Part shown: positions 28,001 to 43,000 of the stretch, piece after piece | How the letters are laid out: the number at the start of each line of letters is the position of its first letter | Position numbering within the stretch: the first letter of the stretch is position 1 | Origin: Phoronis australis | Lineage: Eukaryota; Animalia; Phoronida | Length of the DNA: 64,000 nucleotides | NCBI GenBank assembly: GCA_002633005.1 | Contig: NMRA01000306.1 | Location: 188,599 to 252,598 of the forward strand | Direction of reading: 5' to 3' | The notes under the pieces: generated by a model | Database searches by the model: none | What the model saw: only the letters and a program-made list of their open reading frames with translations | Told to the model about the DNA's origin: nothing | Program-made: the position numbers and the translations under genes

Positions 28001-31000
28001 ACCCTGAAAAGCTCAAATCAACATGACTAGATTTTACAACTAATGTGCATATATTAATATCTTAACTATGGGGCCCTACTTCATTGTAGTTTTATGGAAA
28101 TTATGACGCATACGCAGCTGTGGAACAAGTGTTTCGAGCTCGCACAAGGCATCTTAGGATAAAACCAATATCCTACAACGCACACAAATCCATGAGGCTA
28201 CAGGTGTTTGTATTGAAGACGGGTAAGTTTCCATGATCTAATATAGAGTTCTGTTTAGAATTTGCAATTGTTGCTCTATTGGATGCTGGTTTGTGTATAA
28301 ATTCAAGGAAAACGTTGTTTAAAGTTACTTAAGTCTTACAAATTCTGTTAATTTACCATAGAACTGGGTTACACCAAAGAATTTCAAAAACTCCGTAAAA
28401 AACAACCTCATATTACCAGTATGACACTAAGAGCTAACTTGTTTTCTTTGCAACTAAGAGGTTTACAGGGGCGGATCCAGGATTTTGAGTTTATGGGCAG
28501 GGCATAGTGCATAGCCAGGATGTGCCCGTCAGACATGCGAATCCCCCAATTGCCTAATGTAATATGGGATAATTTTAAGGGGGCCATGGCCCCCTTGGAC
28601 CCCTCTAAATCCGCCACAGGTTGCGGACGGCAGCTTGAGCTCACTAGCCAACAAATTGATCTCACTAAAATGAAGTTCATTAAACAACGCACCTCAAATG
28701 TCGTTAGGAACTTTTTCATTGCCAAAAATTTCATTCCGTTACATACAAATTGTGAAAAAAGAGCCACGTTGAAACCCTGGCTCATTACTAAGAGTACGCA
28801 GAGGTCGATACAGAAATGGCTCCCTTCAAACAATCTTACGAAATAATGAAGCAAGTGAGGACAAGGTTGATGAAGGGAGTTCTTCAAAATTTGGCCAAAT
28901 CTGGCAGTTACCTATGGTTTACGGAACAAATAGGTACATGCCTTTAGAGGAACACTTCAACAATATGGAGCACCAACCCTATCGAATGAAATACCAGCCA
29001 AGTAGATTACAGCCTTAACTCATCAAATTTTCGTTACAGTGCAAGACGAAGTGTTAAGCGTTAACCATCTTCCAGACAACTCTTTTTCTGCCTCATCTCA
29101 GTCTCTGATCCCTAGTTTATTGAGGCCCCAATCTAACCAAGCATGGTGCGCCGCCTCCAACAATGATCCGGAAGACTACGTCCAAGTTGACCTGGGGTCA
29201 GAACGGATTATTACTAAGACAGCAACACAAGTATGTTCACCCACTTCTTTTGATGATCAGCACGAAACCTCTGAAAAACACACATTACTGTTTGAGTTGG
29301 ATAACCTCGTTCAGATAGAGATCAGTAGAGAAGAAATATCAAAATTTAACTTATCTGGACCAAGAAGTTTTGATAAAAGATTTCGGTTCCGAAAATTTTC
29401 AGAGGTCTCATTCGTTGTGTAAAAAGTTGAAGCTACTGAGTACTGTCGACAAGCTGTTACAGGTCTTCACAACAAAGATGATATGTAGATGTGCAACACC
29501 CTTTCGCAAAGACATACAGTAACTCAATGAGTTCACGAGAATGACTTGTGCTGATTATTTTAGTGAACGATCTTCTATTAGGCTTCCATACAGTTTTTAA
29601 AAGGTATGTTCCCACTGGTAAACTACACCGAGGAACACATCAAATTATAAGCTCGTTACGTTCATCAGTATTTTGCTTCAGGGGGTCATCAGGTCATCAT
29701 GGAACTATTTCTTCATTTTGAAATGACGAAAAGTAAATAATCAGCACATAACATACTCGTGTTTTAATTGAGCAATGGAAATGCATAGGTCTACATTCTA
29801 GCTACATTCTGTCTCCAGGGTCGCGGCAATGAGAATTCTTGGGTGACATCGATGGAGATCTACGTATCCATTGACGGCCTTGCATTCCATTGTGTAACTA
29901 ACAAAACTGACAATTTATGCATCCGGGTAAGATAATTTTTCAAATGTTTTACGTCACTTACAAAAGTCAATGCCTAATTTCACAGCCTATTTGTTGGTGC
30001 ACAAATTCATCTTTAGTTTATTGCTAAAGGTTTAATGAGTTAAACATATGATACTCTTTGTTAGATTTCTATCTTCGGTATATTTCATTGGAAGTACGAC
30101 TACGGCTATTTTGCGCCATTCTAGATCTACTTGATTTTGGCAAGTGCTTGCAAAATGAACGTCAAAGACGTGAGACCACTGCAATGCCCAGTCTTAAGTC
30201 GTGTATTGTATTTGGGAATTTTATGAAGTTTGTTACCGATAAGGATTGAAGGGAACTTCGACTACTGTATTTTGATTACGTATTCCTACACAGTTCACAG
30301 GTAACACGGATAGACACACATTTGTCGAACAGAGATTCTATACGAGTGCTAGATACATCCGAGTGAAGCCTCTGACCATCAAAACCAGGAAGTGTCTACG
30401 GCTTGAAGTTTATGCCTCCGCACCAGGTCAGTTGCACCTCTGTTCGTAGACCTGGNTTCGGGTAAGATAGTTTATGCATTCGGGTAAGATAGTTTATGCA
30501 TTCGGGTAAGATAGTTTATGCATTCGGGTAAGATAATTTTTCAAATGTTTTACGTCACTTACAAGGTCAATGCCTAATTCCACAGTCTATTTGTTGATAT
30601 ATTTCATTGGAAGTACCACTACGGCTATTTTGCGCCATTCTAGATCTACAGTATTTGATTTTGACGAGTTCTTGCAAAATGAACATCAAAGACGTGAGAC
30701 CACTGCAACGCCCAGTCTAAAGTCGTGTATTGTATTTGGGAATTTTATGAAGTTTGTTACCGATAAGGATTGAAGGGAACTTCGACTACTGTATTTTGAT
30801 TACGTATTGCTGCACAGTTCACAGGTAACACGGATAGACACACATTTGTCGAACAGAGATTCTATACGAGTGCTAGATACATCCGAGTGAAGCCTCTGAC
30901 CATCAAAACCAGGAAGTGTCTACGGCTTGAAGTTTATGCCTCCGCACCAGGTCAGTTGCACCTCTGTTCGTAGACCTGGTGTAAAAGCAAATATCAAGAG

Positions 31001-34000
31001 CTGTATGGCGATTCATTGTAGATAATATATGATGCAATGTATGGGACGCGCCCTCAACCAACTGTTTGTAAACCATAGTCTCTGTGGCACCTGCCAAGTC
31101 AAATGACAACAATTTCCGAAACAAGTAAAACAATTTCAAATTAATACCTAACTAGTGACTTACGTAAGATAATGTTCTGTAATGTAAAATGCTCTGAAAG
31201 AGATGGCATTTTCAGTGATTGAAACAGCTCACGGTGTTAAGACATATTGGTCTATTTGTATGCGAAATTAGACTTTCGTTGATCTTTGCTTGCTTCACAT
31301 TTTTAGAGGAAGGTGTACCCTACAGTTTGTACGATCTGCCTGCAAGTGCCTTTAGCATGTCAGGCAACCCAAATGGTGGGTGTCGACCCCACTATATCCC
31401 AGTTGACTTCATCTATGGTTGGTGCTGCGACACAAACACTCTGGGAAATGCCTACGTCCAGGTTGACCTGGGAACAGTGGTCTCAATTACAAAAACAGTT
31501 ACCATGGTAACCATGAATTTGTTACCTTTGTCTTCTTCAATTTTGTAGCTGAATCACAACTTTCTCTCCTTGGACAGCTGGAGACTTCATGCTATTTTTA
31601 AATAAATTATTTAAAGTTTGTCAGCATTATTAGGCAGCAGACAAAATAGTAACCGTTTCATTGAATGTTTGTTTGCTACAATTTTTATACATCAGTAACG
31701 TCATGTTTTCATGACCGGGGAAATTTGACAAAGTTCCATCCAACCGTTCATTGAAATCCACCTGTCAATTTGTGTCTGGTACCGGTAGCTGAAGCAATAT
31801 CATACTATCGTAAGCGTAATGTCTCTTCAGGTTACTCAAATCCCTGTGCGTCATTTTCTCACCTCATGATGTACTGTTGTTTTTTTGATAACTTCCAATA
31901 TCACTTTCCATACAGGGACGAACAGGTCATAACCAATGGGTAAGAACCTTGCGCATCTACACATCCAATGATGGTTCAACCTTCAAGTGTCTTCGGGATG
32001 CGTCTCAGGGCACGTGCAAAGTGGTAAGTCTTCAGCTTCAATTGTGAATTTAGAAGTCAGCAGAGTTTTTTATCTTAAACTTCCTTGCCATCGAGGCCGT
32101 CGTAGTTGTCTTTATCATCACCTGTGTCGCTGTTGTCGCCCTCATGCTTACATCATGATATCATTGTCCAATAACGTTAAGTAATCATTTCAAAATAACC
32201 CATACCTACTCCTCATGCAAACCGTGACGCAGTGTCATAAACTAAGTTTCTTCCCAACAATTCGTTCTCACAATTTTTTCTCATCATTGCAAAATTTCCC
32301 ACTTTCCTACAGGAAGAACTCGTTTAGGTCTTTATATATTACATTTTGGTGATCTTGTGATCGTAATAGAAATAGCGGGGGCGTAAAAAAGAATACATTT
32401 TGTGAAAAGAATTGTATCTAGGAGAACAATTGTGTGGTTCATAATGGAGAAGTAAGAGTACCCTGTAGTGATTATCGTACCATTGAAGAAATAGAAACCT
32501 GGTATAACATTTAACATTTTATAATTGTCTTCTCTGAGGATGTATGCAATGTTTTAAAAACATTATAATAGACATTGAATCTATTTTTACTGTAGTTTTG
32601 TTTTTATCATTCCTTACAGTGTATTGGATTCAAATAAATGTATTATTACTGTTGTTGCTATTATTATCATCCAAAGTGGAAGTTTTTTTGGCTTTGTTAA
32701 CAGTTTGAAGGCAATCGAGACCGCTTTTCGCCAGTGTCACAGAGATTCCAAGCTACAGCGAGATATATTCGAATTTACCCCGTCACTTATTATGGTCACA
32801 CTAGCATGCGGTTAGAAGTGTATGTGGAGTCTAGAGGTAAGCTATTTTATAGGAACTTTCATGAAAAGTGATGATAACAGTCCATCTTCAAATTCCTCTT
32901 TTGCGACAAACTTTGAAGTTAAGTTTGCTGTTTTAATGCCCATATGACCTTATATGACGATCGTCTTTCACTTCGAGTTGTATATGCTGGACCATAGAAA
33001 ATCGTTCAACTTTGGCCACATTCAGACAATCATACACCTGTATCTCTGTAACGGGTAATCAGACTCATACGAATCTTCAAAATACTATGATTGATGCCCT
33101 GTTCTCCATAAACATGATGAGATTTGTTTTTCAAATGCTCCACTTTTGTTGATAGGCAATTAAAAAGTTGAAATTTCATGATTTTCATGACGAAATCTGA
33201 AGTTGCATATAACGAAACCAAAATCACAATTGAGAAGTCTGTAACAGTGTTTTTTGAGATTTAATCTTGCAGTTAACACCTTTGTTTTACTATCAGTGTA
33301 CAATTCGTTTTGCTGAACTTTACTAAAATAAAAATTAGACTATACAAGCTTTCCACTTACAGAAAATATATATACTCTTAAAGAGAGAGAAATATAGTTT
33401 TGTCAGTACTTGACTAAACATACAGACACACCGCATGCGGGCATTTATCATCACTGGGAGGAAGATTCGAAACTCTGTGATTACCACAGAGTGTTTCCTT
33501 TCCGAGCATTTCGAAAATCGTGAACTTCGTGATTTTTTTCTGGAAATTTCCCTACGGGGGAAGTGAATTGCTCTGTAGTAGACATTGCGACTTTCGACAG
33601 GAATTGTTTAAAAGATATTTTGACGAGCCTTCGCGTTCCATGCCTCTTTAAGCTGTTCAGGCTTCAGGTACAGTAAGGTTTTTCACAAAACTGCCCTTCT
33701 GATGGTAGGACTTCAATCGTCAAGAAAACATACAAAGCATAAGTAGTTAAAACGATTCTGAAAATCATATGGCTGTTCACCCGCTCCACATGTCCCTTCA
33801 CATCAGTAGGTTGTCTCAACTGGCAGATCTAGGGCAATAACAACCATTTTTGTAGAAAAAATGACCACGTAGTCATCAAATTGGCGTGGGAAGGCGTTTG
33901 TTTCGTGTTTTTTGTGTTCGTAGTGGACAGGCGCCCTGAGATTTTTTATTTAATCAGTAAATTTAAAGGAAGAGCCGCTTTAAGTTTGAATTTGCTCCTC

Positions 34001-37000
34001 AACTTACGTCATCTTGTTTTCGAGCCTGACAGGAAGATTGTAAACAAATATTTTTGCAGTTGCCATCAATTATTACAATTTGCAAAATATGTTACATTCA
34101 CTTGATGTAGGTACCCCTGCTCTACAAGAATTCAGTACAAATTATCTGCCGCGGGAAGCTTTTTCATCTACGACACAAGAGTCTTCGACATTTCAAGCGA
34201 GTGCAGCCACAATTGACAACAGATACGCTTGGTGCACGTCATCTGGCAGCGATCCTAATGACTACCTCCAGGTTGACCTCGGTGTACAGATGATAATTGC
34301 AAAAGTTGCTACGAAGGTGAATTCCCTGACTTAAGATTTTTGACATTTCAATCAAAAAAAATAAATATACAATCAGTCGATAGGTCTAAGTGGCCAAAAG
34401 TACTAAAGTTTTAAAGGCACTGCAGAAGAACATATTTGTACAAGGAATTCAGGAGAAGTTAGCTTGCTTGTATACGTTGTTATGGTTACATGCTTGTCCG
34501 TTTAAACTGAGCTGTTTTGGAAACAATGAGACAGCATCAATGTCACAAAGCGATAAACTTTAAATAAATACACAAAACGTACCGAGAGTGGCGTAAATGA
34601 AGTAATATCCCACGAGACATTATTCCACGTATCGACCGAGACCTAAGTTTCTTTCATTTTTTTCCGCAGATTTTTTTAAATACTTCACTGTTCACTTGGC
34701 GGATCACATCCTATATGTATCTGCTTGCACGTTAGGCCGCAAGTTTTCTCTAGTAAAAGAAAAAATTTTAAATGTGACGATTTATTAATTGAAAAGAGAT
34801 AAAAAAGATAAAAACGATGAACTTGTAACATCTCCTGAAAATAGTTAAATAACAATATATGATATTGTAGTTTCCGAGGAATCAGAGTCTGAGTTGCAGA
34901 CGATAAAATATTTAGCAAATGAAAACTGAGACAGAATTGTCATATCATTAACAGTCCTGTTCCAGATGTTAAGATTGAGGCCTGATTGTATGTTGAGAGT
35001 TATTTACACTGCTATAATTGTATTACTTTAAACTATTTTCCGAATAATTGGTGATCGAACCGGCTAACGACGTCGAGTCGACATTGACCTACCTTTCGAA
35101 CTTTCTATGTCAGAGGTCAGTGTTGAAGTGGTGCGGGAGGTGAATACTGAAAACTTTATTACATGGCCGTATTTCCCTCGACAGATTCAACGCGTATGTG
35201 ATAAAATATATTGAACGTGTATCTTTTGATACGTGTTCTAAACGAAAAATGGTCGATTGAAGTTCTTTTATATTTACATCACAGGGTTATTCATCTGCCG
35301 ATTATTGGGTGACCACTTTAGGTATTTTGACATCGACAGACGGAAGTGCCTTTGACTGCGTAGCTAACAGTACAGGATCGTGTATAATAGTAAGTTCTTA
35401 GTTATGAGCAAGCCACGTTTTGGCTGTAAAGCGTATCCAATATTCAATGCAACGTATAAACTAAATTACTATTTCAGAAGCGTGGCCATGGAAATGAGCG
35501 CATACAATGTTCGTTCTGGTGCTTTGAAAACAATTACACTAATTCGAAGTTGTGCAAGGTTCTCCTTACAACAGGGAAAATCTTTTTTCTAACCGGCATT
35601 TATTTAGCACGTTTTAATTCCAGGTTTTCCTTATCTTCTGAATAACGTTCTAACACCCTAACATTTTTTGCACTTAATGGATTGTTCATCTACGTGAGGC
35701 AATTTAATGCAGGTGATTAAAACGTTAGTAATCGAGAAATGAACTTACTGAAATCAAAATAAATAATATCTCCGTCATTGTAAAACAACTGAGAAACTGA
35801 AAACTAGGGTGACCATGCATGTTAACATGCACGATCCAGTTGACAAAACCATAAATCACGTTACCGATTTCAAGTGAATGTACATTAATTGACCCGTTTT
35901 CCAGTTTCCAGGAAACGCAGACCGTAGTACGGCTGTTGAGCAGGTATTCCCAACTCTTGTGTCTGCTCGCTATATTCGAATACAGCCGCATGATTATAAA
36001 AACAAGAAATGCTTAAGGATGGAAGTATACGGCTACATTCGAGGTGAGTCCGCTTTCAAGACTTGTTGTTTTCTAGCTGCATTTGATCCCGTTTAATTCT
36101 GGACATTAATGCAATGTCTATTGGACGTCTTACAATTCAGGTGTTACACCATCAACCAATGAAATGCTGAATCTGTGCATTTTATGCAAATTAACATCTC
36201 AACGCATTGTATGCAGACTATATCTTACGTACGTTCAGATATGACTGAGTTGATGAGTTTACCACAATGTGCCTTTGTTCATTTCTTGGTTACGTGACCC
36301 CATTCTTAACCCTATACTTAGTACTACGAGTTACGAGTCAGAACAGATTCCTATACGTCTGTCTCAGTATGGGGCCTAGTCTAGATCGCAATATAAATAT
36401 GACAGTTGTGATCATGTCTGATGTGTTGGTAAACGATGACGAATATGAAGATGATAGTAGTCGCACTGGTGGATATTTTGGTTACGTAATGATATGATTA
36501 TTGCAATGGTATTGATGATAATAGTATGGGTAATGACAACCGTTTTTTTAAAGATGATAATAATAAAGACGATGATATCGCTAGTGACGCTTGTTATTTC
36601 ACTTATGCGATGATAATGCCGGGCGATGGTGTTCATGATGGTGTTATTATGATCATGGTGGCCAGGTTCCGGTTATTGACAAAATTAGGCGAGGGTGTGA
36701 ATAAAAGCATAAAACGCTGCCATCACCTGTCTGTTAGGAGATACCCTGCCGTATGTTAAATCTGTCTTCAACGATGTTAAGCTGATAATGTTGAATTCTT
36801 TGGCGAAGAATACGGCGTCACATCGGATCTTGAATTGTTGACAAAGAAGCTGGAAACTCAGGTTACATGAAATGGGTACACGTACCATTTTCGAATTCGA
36901 AATTTTAGGGTTGGTCAGGCCCCCAAATTCTGAAGTGTTTTCTTGAGTCGATGATTGTTTCGATGTTCTGGTTGGTAACTCTTATTCCTCCCTGCTCTCG

Positions 37001-40000
37001 CCATATGGCGTTACAGACTGTTTTCACACAGGGGCTGCTGCTGTCTGGAGGCGTTATCTAAACAACGTATCTCAAAGGCGGATACCGCAGCAATTTATTG
37101 GTTCAAGTTTAAATCTCGGGCATTCCCTCGCTGGTTCCTTACGTGCCTAGCCAGCACGCGTGCTGGCCTACCTAGCGGCACGCTGGGAACCAGCGACGGG
37201 TATTCCCAGTTTTCTGTCTAATGAGGATTGAGATACCAGACTCTGTATTAACTTAATGTTTTTGAACTTATCGCCTAATGGCTGTTATGTCTGGACTTTA
37301 AAATAATTTCCTCTCAAGCTAATTATCAATTCAAGGAAAAACCAGGAAGCGTGTTAATTGTGTAGTGGTTGTTGTACTAAGTTTTGAAAGGCTATAGAGA
37401 TATTCTTCCATGAAATATATTGTGTTTGATTTGAAAAAAATATATTGAAGCTAAGTGCTCTGAACTAGTTCCTAAATGGTATTACATAACACTGCTGTCA
37501 CCGCATAATCATCTGGTAGGGTGCTCCTTTTTATTTTATTGGAACTGTCCAGATACAATAACAAAACGTCCAAATAGTGGGAACAGTCTACTCTGTCACT
37601 AGCACTCAGCATACATCGTCACTTGAAATTACTGCCTTCTTATTACACGGGTATTGTCTCTACTGCTCTCTCACAATTCTTAAGTTTTTATTATGGAGAA
37701 TAGTGTGGATACTGATGGCACTGAGTGGTCAGATTTAGATTATCGTGAGGATGTTTCTCAAGGAAAACTTTACTTACATGTTTTCTGGAAATTTAAACGT
37801 ACTATTCAAATGTCTTTGTTTCTGGAAAACAAAAAGTAAAACATCTTGTTCAACCCTTTATTAAAGTTGGACAAATTTTATATCAACATGAAGCTCATTT
37901 ACTCAGGACGTATTGCTGAAAATTTGGTATATGTTTACTAATTATCAAGTAATGAGGTTTTAATTGTAAGCATTGTTTCTGACCTAGTTCTGAGTGAAAT
38001 ACCCTCCGATTTTAAGAGGGTAGACATTCCATACTATGTGGCGCTCAGGAGTTTACAGCAACAGATGTGATGAGACCGATGTTTTGAGCCTTAACAGGAT
38101 GGCAAAGCTGCGGTGTTGCAGTGACAATTGTTTCGCGTACATTGTCTTCAAGGCTGATAACATCCGTTCTTCAATGGTAACACAGAATGAACTTTCGTTA
38201 TTCAGAACATTCAACCTTGATTTACGGAGGCTGGAGTCAATGGACGCAGTGGTCTTCGTGCACGTGCTCAGAGGCGGTAGTCAGACGGAGAACACGAGAC
38301 TGTGTAGAGCCAGCTCCAAAGCCAGGGAAATTCTGTTTGGGAGAATCAGTTCAGACGCAGAACTGTTCAGGTATAGACATGTGGTTTATTTTTTCAACCA
38401 TAAAAAATGAATGACTGTGTAGACCCGTAGAGGCTCACTGTGCTAAAAAACTTCCATTATTAGTACTGCCCAACTTAGAATTAGATCTTCATTTGAAGTA
38501 TAATGAATAAGGTTGACAGATATGTTATAAAAGGACTAGGTGAAGACTAGTTTCTTTTTGCACACGAATGAATTTTTTTTTGAAGAAATAATAAGGTAAA
38601 TTATAAATGACAGAGATTGGAATTTATCATGCTTCCAGGGAAATATAGAATATACAATAGATTTTGTTGATTCCATTATTTTCATCATATAGCGACCTGT
38701 AAGCTCACTAAGAACGTAAATCTGGATTCCTTCACCTGTCACTTTGAATCATTTATCTCCCCATCTCTCTATCACTCCATCTCCCCATGTACCCATGTCT
38801 CCATCTTCCCGGCTATATCCCCAGCTGTCCTGTCCGTCTAATCACTGACCAACCCACCTCTCTATCTATCTATCCTTCTGTCTTTCCATCTCTCCATTTC
38901 TCCGTCTTCTCATTTACCTACCTCTCCATCTATCTATCCTTCTGTCTTTCCGTCTCTCCATTTCTCCGTCTTCTCATTTACCTACATCTCCATCTATCTA
39001 TCCTTCTGTCTTTCCATCTCTCCATTTCTCCGTCTTCTCATTTACCCACCTCTCCGTCTTACCATCTACTCGTCTCTCCAGTCCCTCTCCTGTGCTCACC
39101 TACCCAAATCTCCATCTATCTATCCTTTTACCCTTTTCTCTATCTGTCCGTCTCTCTATGTATGTCGTTACGACCACCGTCGTCTCCTATATTCAGGAAG
39201 TGAAAGACTAAGAGCTTTATTGATTATTCTCAACATGTATTTATGTCGGAATACCTGGCATACGTTACTTTCTTATTATTTACAGACACTGAATATCAAT
39301 ATTGCTATGACATGCAAGACATAGAAATCTACGCAGACACACGTGAGTTTCCAAATACAATATAGTTGCCGGGACAGGCACTTAACTTCCGTGGACAGGC
39401 ACCCCTCTTTTAAAATTTACTGTGGTTGTAAATGAACAATTAAAACGTTTACCAAAGTTTAGCTGTTTCATGCGTTCAAGAAACATCCCGAAAAAGGTTT
39501 TACAAAACAACATGACCTACATGTATTAGAATTGTTTTTTAGCCTCTTTCTTTCTATCTTGTTTTACTGAGGCATTTAAGTGGACGCGTGTTTAACACCT
39601 ACTTATTCTATTCGGTCTTAGGGAACGTTGATATATTGCAGATTGACATTTTACAGTTTTTCCATCATTGATGTCGTTTTGAAAGTCGCACAACATCACC
39701 GTTCAATCACCAATAAATCGCATAGTTTGTGTTTTGCAGAACTGTGTAACCTGTCAATTGGTTCCCAGCTTCACATCATGTCTCTCAGAGGTCGATACAT
39801 CGAAGGTCATGAACTGAAAGTTTACGACAACATCACAAGTGCAACTGAATGTGCACGTGCGTGTATGGTATATCCTGGATGCAAATCTGCTGATTACTTA
39901 AATTCATCATCCAACTGCGTGTTCAAGAACTCAACATGGGACGATGACAGTTTTTTATTTGATAACGGTTCGAATACCGTTCACTTGGAAATCGGCTGCA

Positions 40001-43000
40001 CGACAGGTAACGAAACATCTCAAAAAGCATCGATTCTTATTTCATTGATTTGTGGGCATCAACCGGGCGTGCGTTCAGTAGACGCTAGGACCTATGCTAG
40101 GACCTAGCTAAAACCTAATCAAAGTCACGTGTTCTCTTTAAAATACACGGCAATATCTCACGTAATCTCGCGAAGTCTTGCTTTTTAGCGAGGTCCTAGC
40201 GTTACTGAACGGGAGGCAGGATTACATGTTACATCTCAATGGCTTGAGCATAGAAGTGTTCACGTAAAACTGCTCACCATCTGTTTTTCAATGATGGCTG
40301 TTTTGAAAGTAATATCTGGCTAAATCTTGCATTACACAAACGTGATCTCAGACAGGGTATAGGCTACACGCAATGTTATGCATTCCAATACTGAATGTAC
40401 ATGTCACTGTATCATTGTCGCCTTTGCATTAAATTGCCTGCACGTCTTACACGTGACCTGTTACAGGAAAGTGCCCCCCTGGTTGGCTGAGCGTTGACGA
40501 GTCCAGTTGCTATTCAGTTTCGACTTACAAGTTAAATATGGCAGACGCGTCGACGTATTGTGATCGGCGAAACAGTCACCTCATATATATAAATGACAAC
40601 GTCGAAAAGACCACACTGAAGACCTGGACCTCTGCGTAAGCATCAAAACCTTTTTCACTTCAACAAGAAGTTTTAAAAAGCGCCACGATTTTAGTAGCAT
40701 TGCATATAACCCATTTATTGTATGCGTTTGCATGGACCATGAAAGTGAAATCCACTGTAAACATTGTTCGCAACTCAAACACTACCCAAATGATAGGTAT
40801 TTATCACGTCTTCATTTTAAGGACTTACCAGGAGTTTGGCGTGGCGTTTGGAGATTTTTGGCTGCTAACGGGATCTACGTCTGATACCTACGATTGGAAA
40901 TTTGCTGCCGAAGATGTTTTTAACTACACGATTTACACTTCGAAATGCTTCAAGCTGAACTGCGAAGGCAGTGAATGTGACTTCACCAGTGAGAGATGTG
41001 ACAATATGCTTCATGCAGTATGTGAAATGATGTCAAAAGGTACAGTTTATTTTTGTGTCCTCATCAGTGCCTAATGCTAGGTCTTTCGTTTTGCTTGATA
41101 GTGAAGTAATTTTGGTAACTGCAAATAGTTGACTCGTGACTTGGTCAATTTGCTTTCTCAGTTACGTGAGGCAAACGGGAAGACAATGAAACGAATGATC
41201 ATTGATTTCGCTTCCTTGTCAGACTGATCGATGCTGTCAATGCTCCTAAAGTAACAATGAATCTAAAATTATTATCTAGGAAGCCGTATACCTGAAATAG
41301 AACCAAGTTGCAAATTTGAAGATCTTGTATACAGAAACATTTGTTCGAAATAGCCCACCCGCTCTCTGTTTCATCAAATTGTATTTACTGAGTACCACCT
41401 TATAAGCCGTGCACTTCTCTTAACCTTTACTTTGAACAGTTGACGGTTACGGCGAGGCATTAAAGTTACAAGACCTACCAAACAGCGCCTTCTCTGCAAC
41501 ACGTATTTTCAATGGTCATTACCCAGCGCATCACTTGAAGTTTAATAGCGGATCATCCTGGCTTCCCCCGGACGCTGTTGACCCGGATGATTATATTCAA
41601 GTCGATCTAGGCGCACAGTTCATTGTCACAAGGACAAGAAGCTGGGTAAATTGTCACTGATGATTGTTTTATAAAAATGCATGAAATAACAGCATAGAAA
41701 GTTACCAGATTTGTGTCATTACTGAATCACTTGGATTCCTGTTTGTTTCGTTTTCGAATTCCTTTGTGCTTTTTGTTTAATAGCCACACGAGAAACAGCT
41801 TTTCAGCTCATTACCGGATTTTTTGAGCCGTGGTCAATGTCATGGTTAGGTTAACGGATGTGCATGTGCTAAGTTACCCAGGTGGCATTTGACGTGCATA
41901 CACTGCACCAGTCATTCGTTGCGAGAAAAAGGAGCATATATTGAACGCCTCACACAGGCTCTCAGGCTGCTGTAAAACCTGTATTTTCCGAACAAAAGAA
42001 ACTAAAAATTTCATATCAAATTCAGTTAAGTTTGCAACTATTTGGAGTTGTATTGAATAACCATTATATATTCTACAAAAGAAACTATCAGACTAAAATC
42101 TGTTCTACGAAGTATAAACAGTATCTTTTAATGTGAGAGTTCTGACATATTCCTTCTGAAATAAAGAGAATCAAGTCATACTGCTCTCAAAATCTCTCTG
42201 TCAAGAGACGATTAGGCTCTTAAAGTTATTAGAATTGGGAGATCACATGCTGAGCAGCCGAAATCTGGAAAGGTTATCTGCGTATATTAGTGTGTGATGA
42301 GACGTATATTACGGGTGACCAATATGTTACCATTTAGTGAAATTGATACTTTTTCAGATAAATTGGACAATTTTTCTCCAGATTCATGAAAGGAGAGGAC
42401 CCAGTTTGTACTGATTTTATTTCTGTACGACTATTAAAAACAAATCATGCTCAGCCTAGAACTAGTTATATGCTATACTGAAAGAAATCCTTTTAGCCTT
42501 CTAGGCATTATTCAAAACGTGGCTTCTGGGAATCCCAAGGACACTTACTAATCTTCCTATGAGGAACTTCTTTCTTGTGGACACTGGATGGACAGGAATA
42601 GTAGGACAATACTTTAAGAACTTAAGCCTACTATTCAGTTGTGGCGTCTTTGCCGAAGTTTGCCAAAATCTTCTGATCGCTATTATTGCAATCTGGAAAG
42701 CTTCCAGAGGTAATGATAGATCGCGGATACATGTATCAGAGTATGACAGACCTGTCCGAAGTGTTGGCGTTTTCTATTTGTTCTGTATAGGAATATAAAC
42801 CTTTGGCTACCATAATACGGACAGTTTTGAGTTACACATTGTGCATCCTAGTGACCCGCTGACGAGTAAAGAGTATTTAGCTCTTAAAATAATAATGATA
42901 TTCATATCCTTGGATCCGTGTGTTCATGTTCCTAAAAGATTTCATTCTGTAATTTTAGTGTGCATTTATATGTGTGACCTAAAGGGTTATTATATTGTAG

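Noticed and set aside
38787-39203. 138-aa Ser/Leu/Pro-rich ORF
   Set aside because: It is the translation of CT-rich low-complexity sequence and is not needed for the exon chain.
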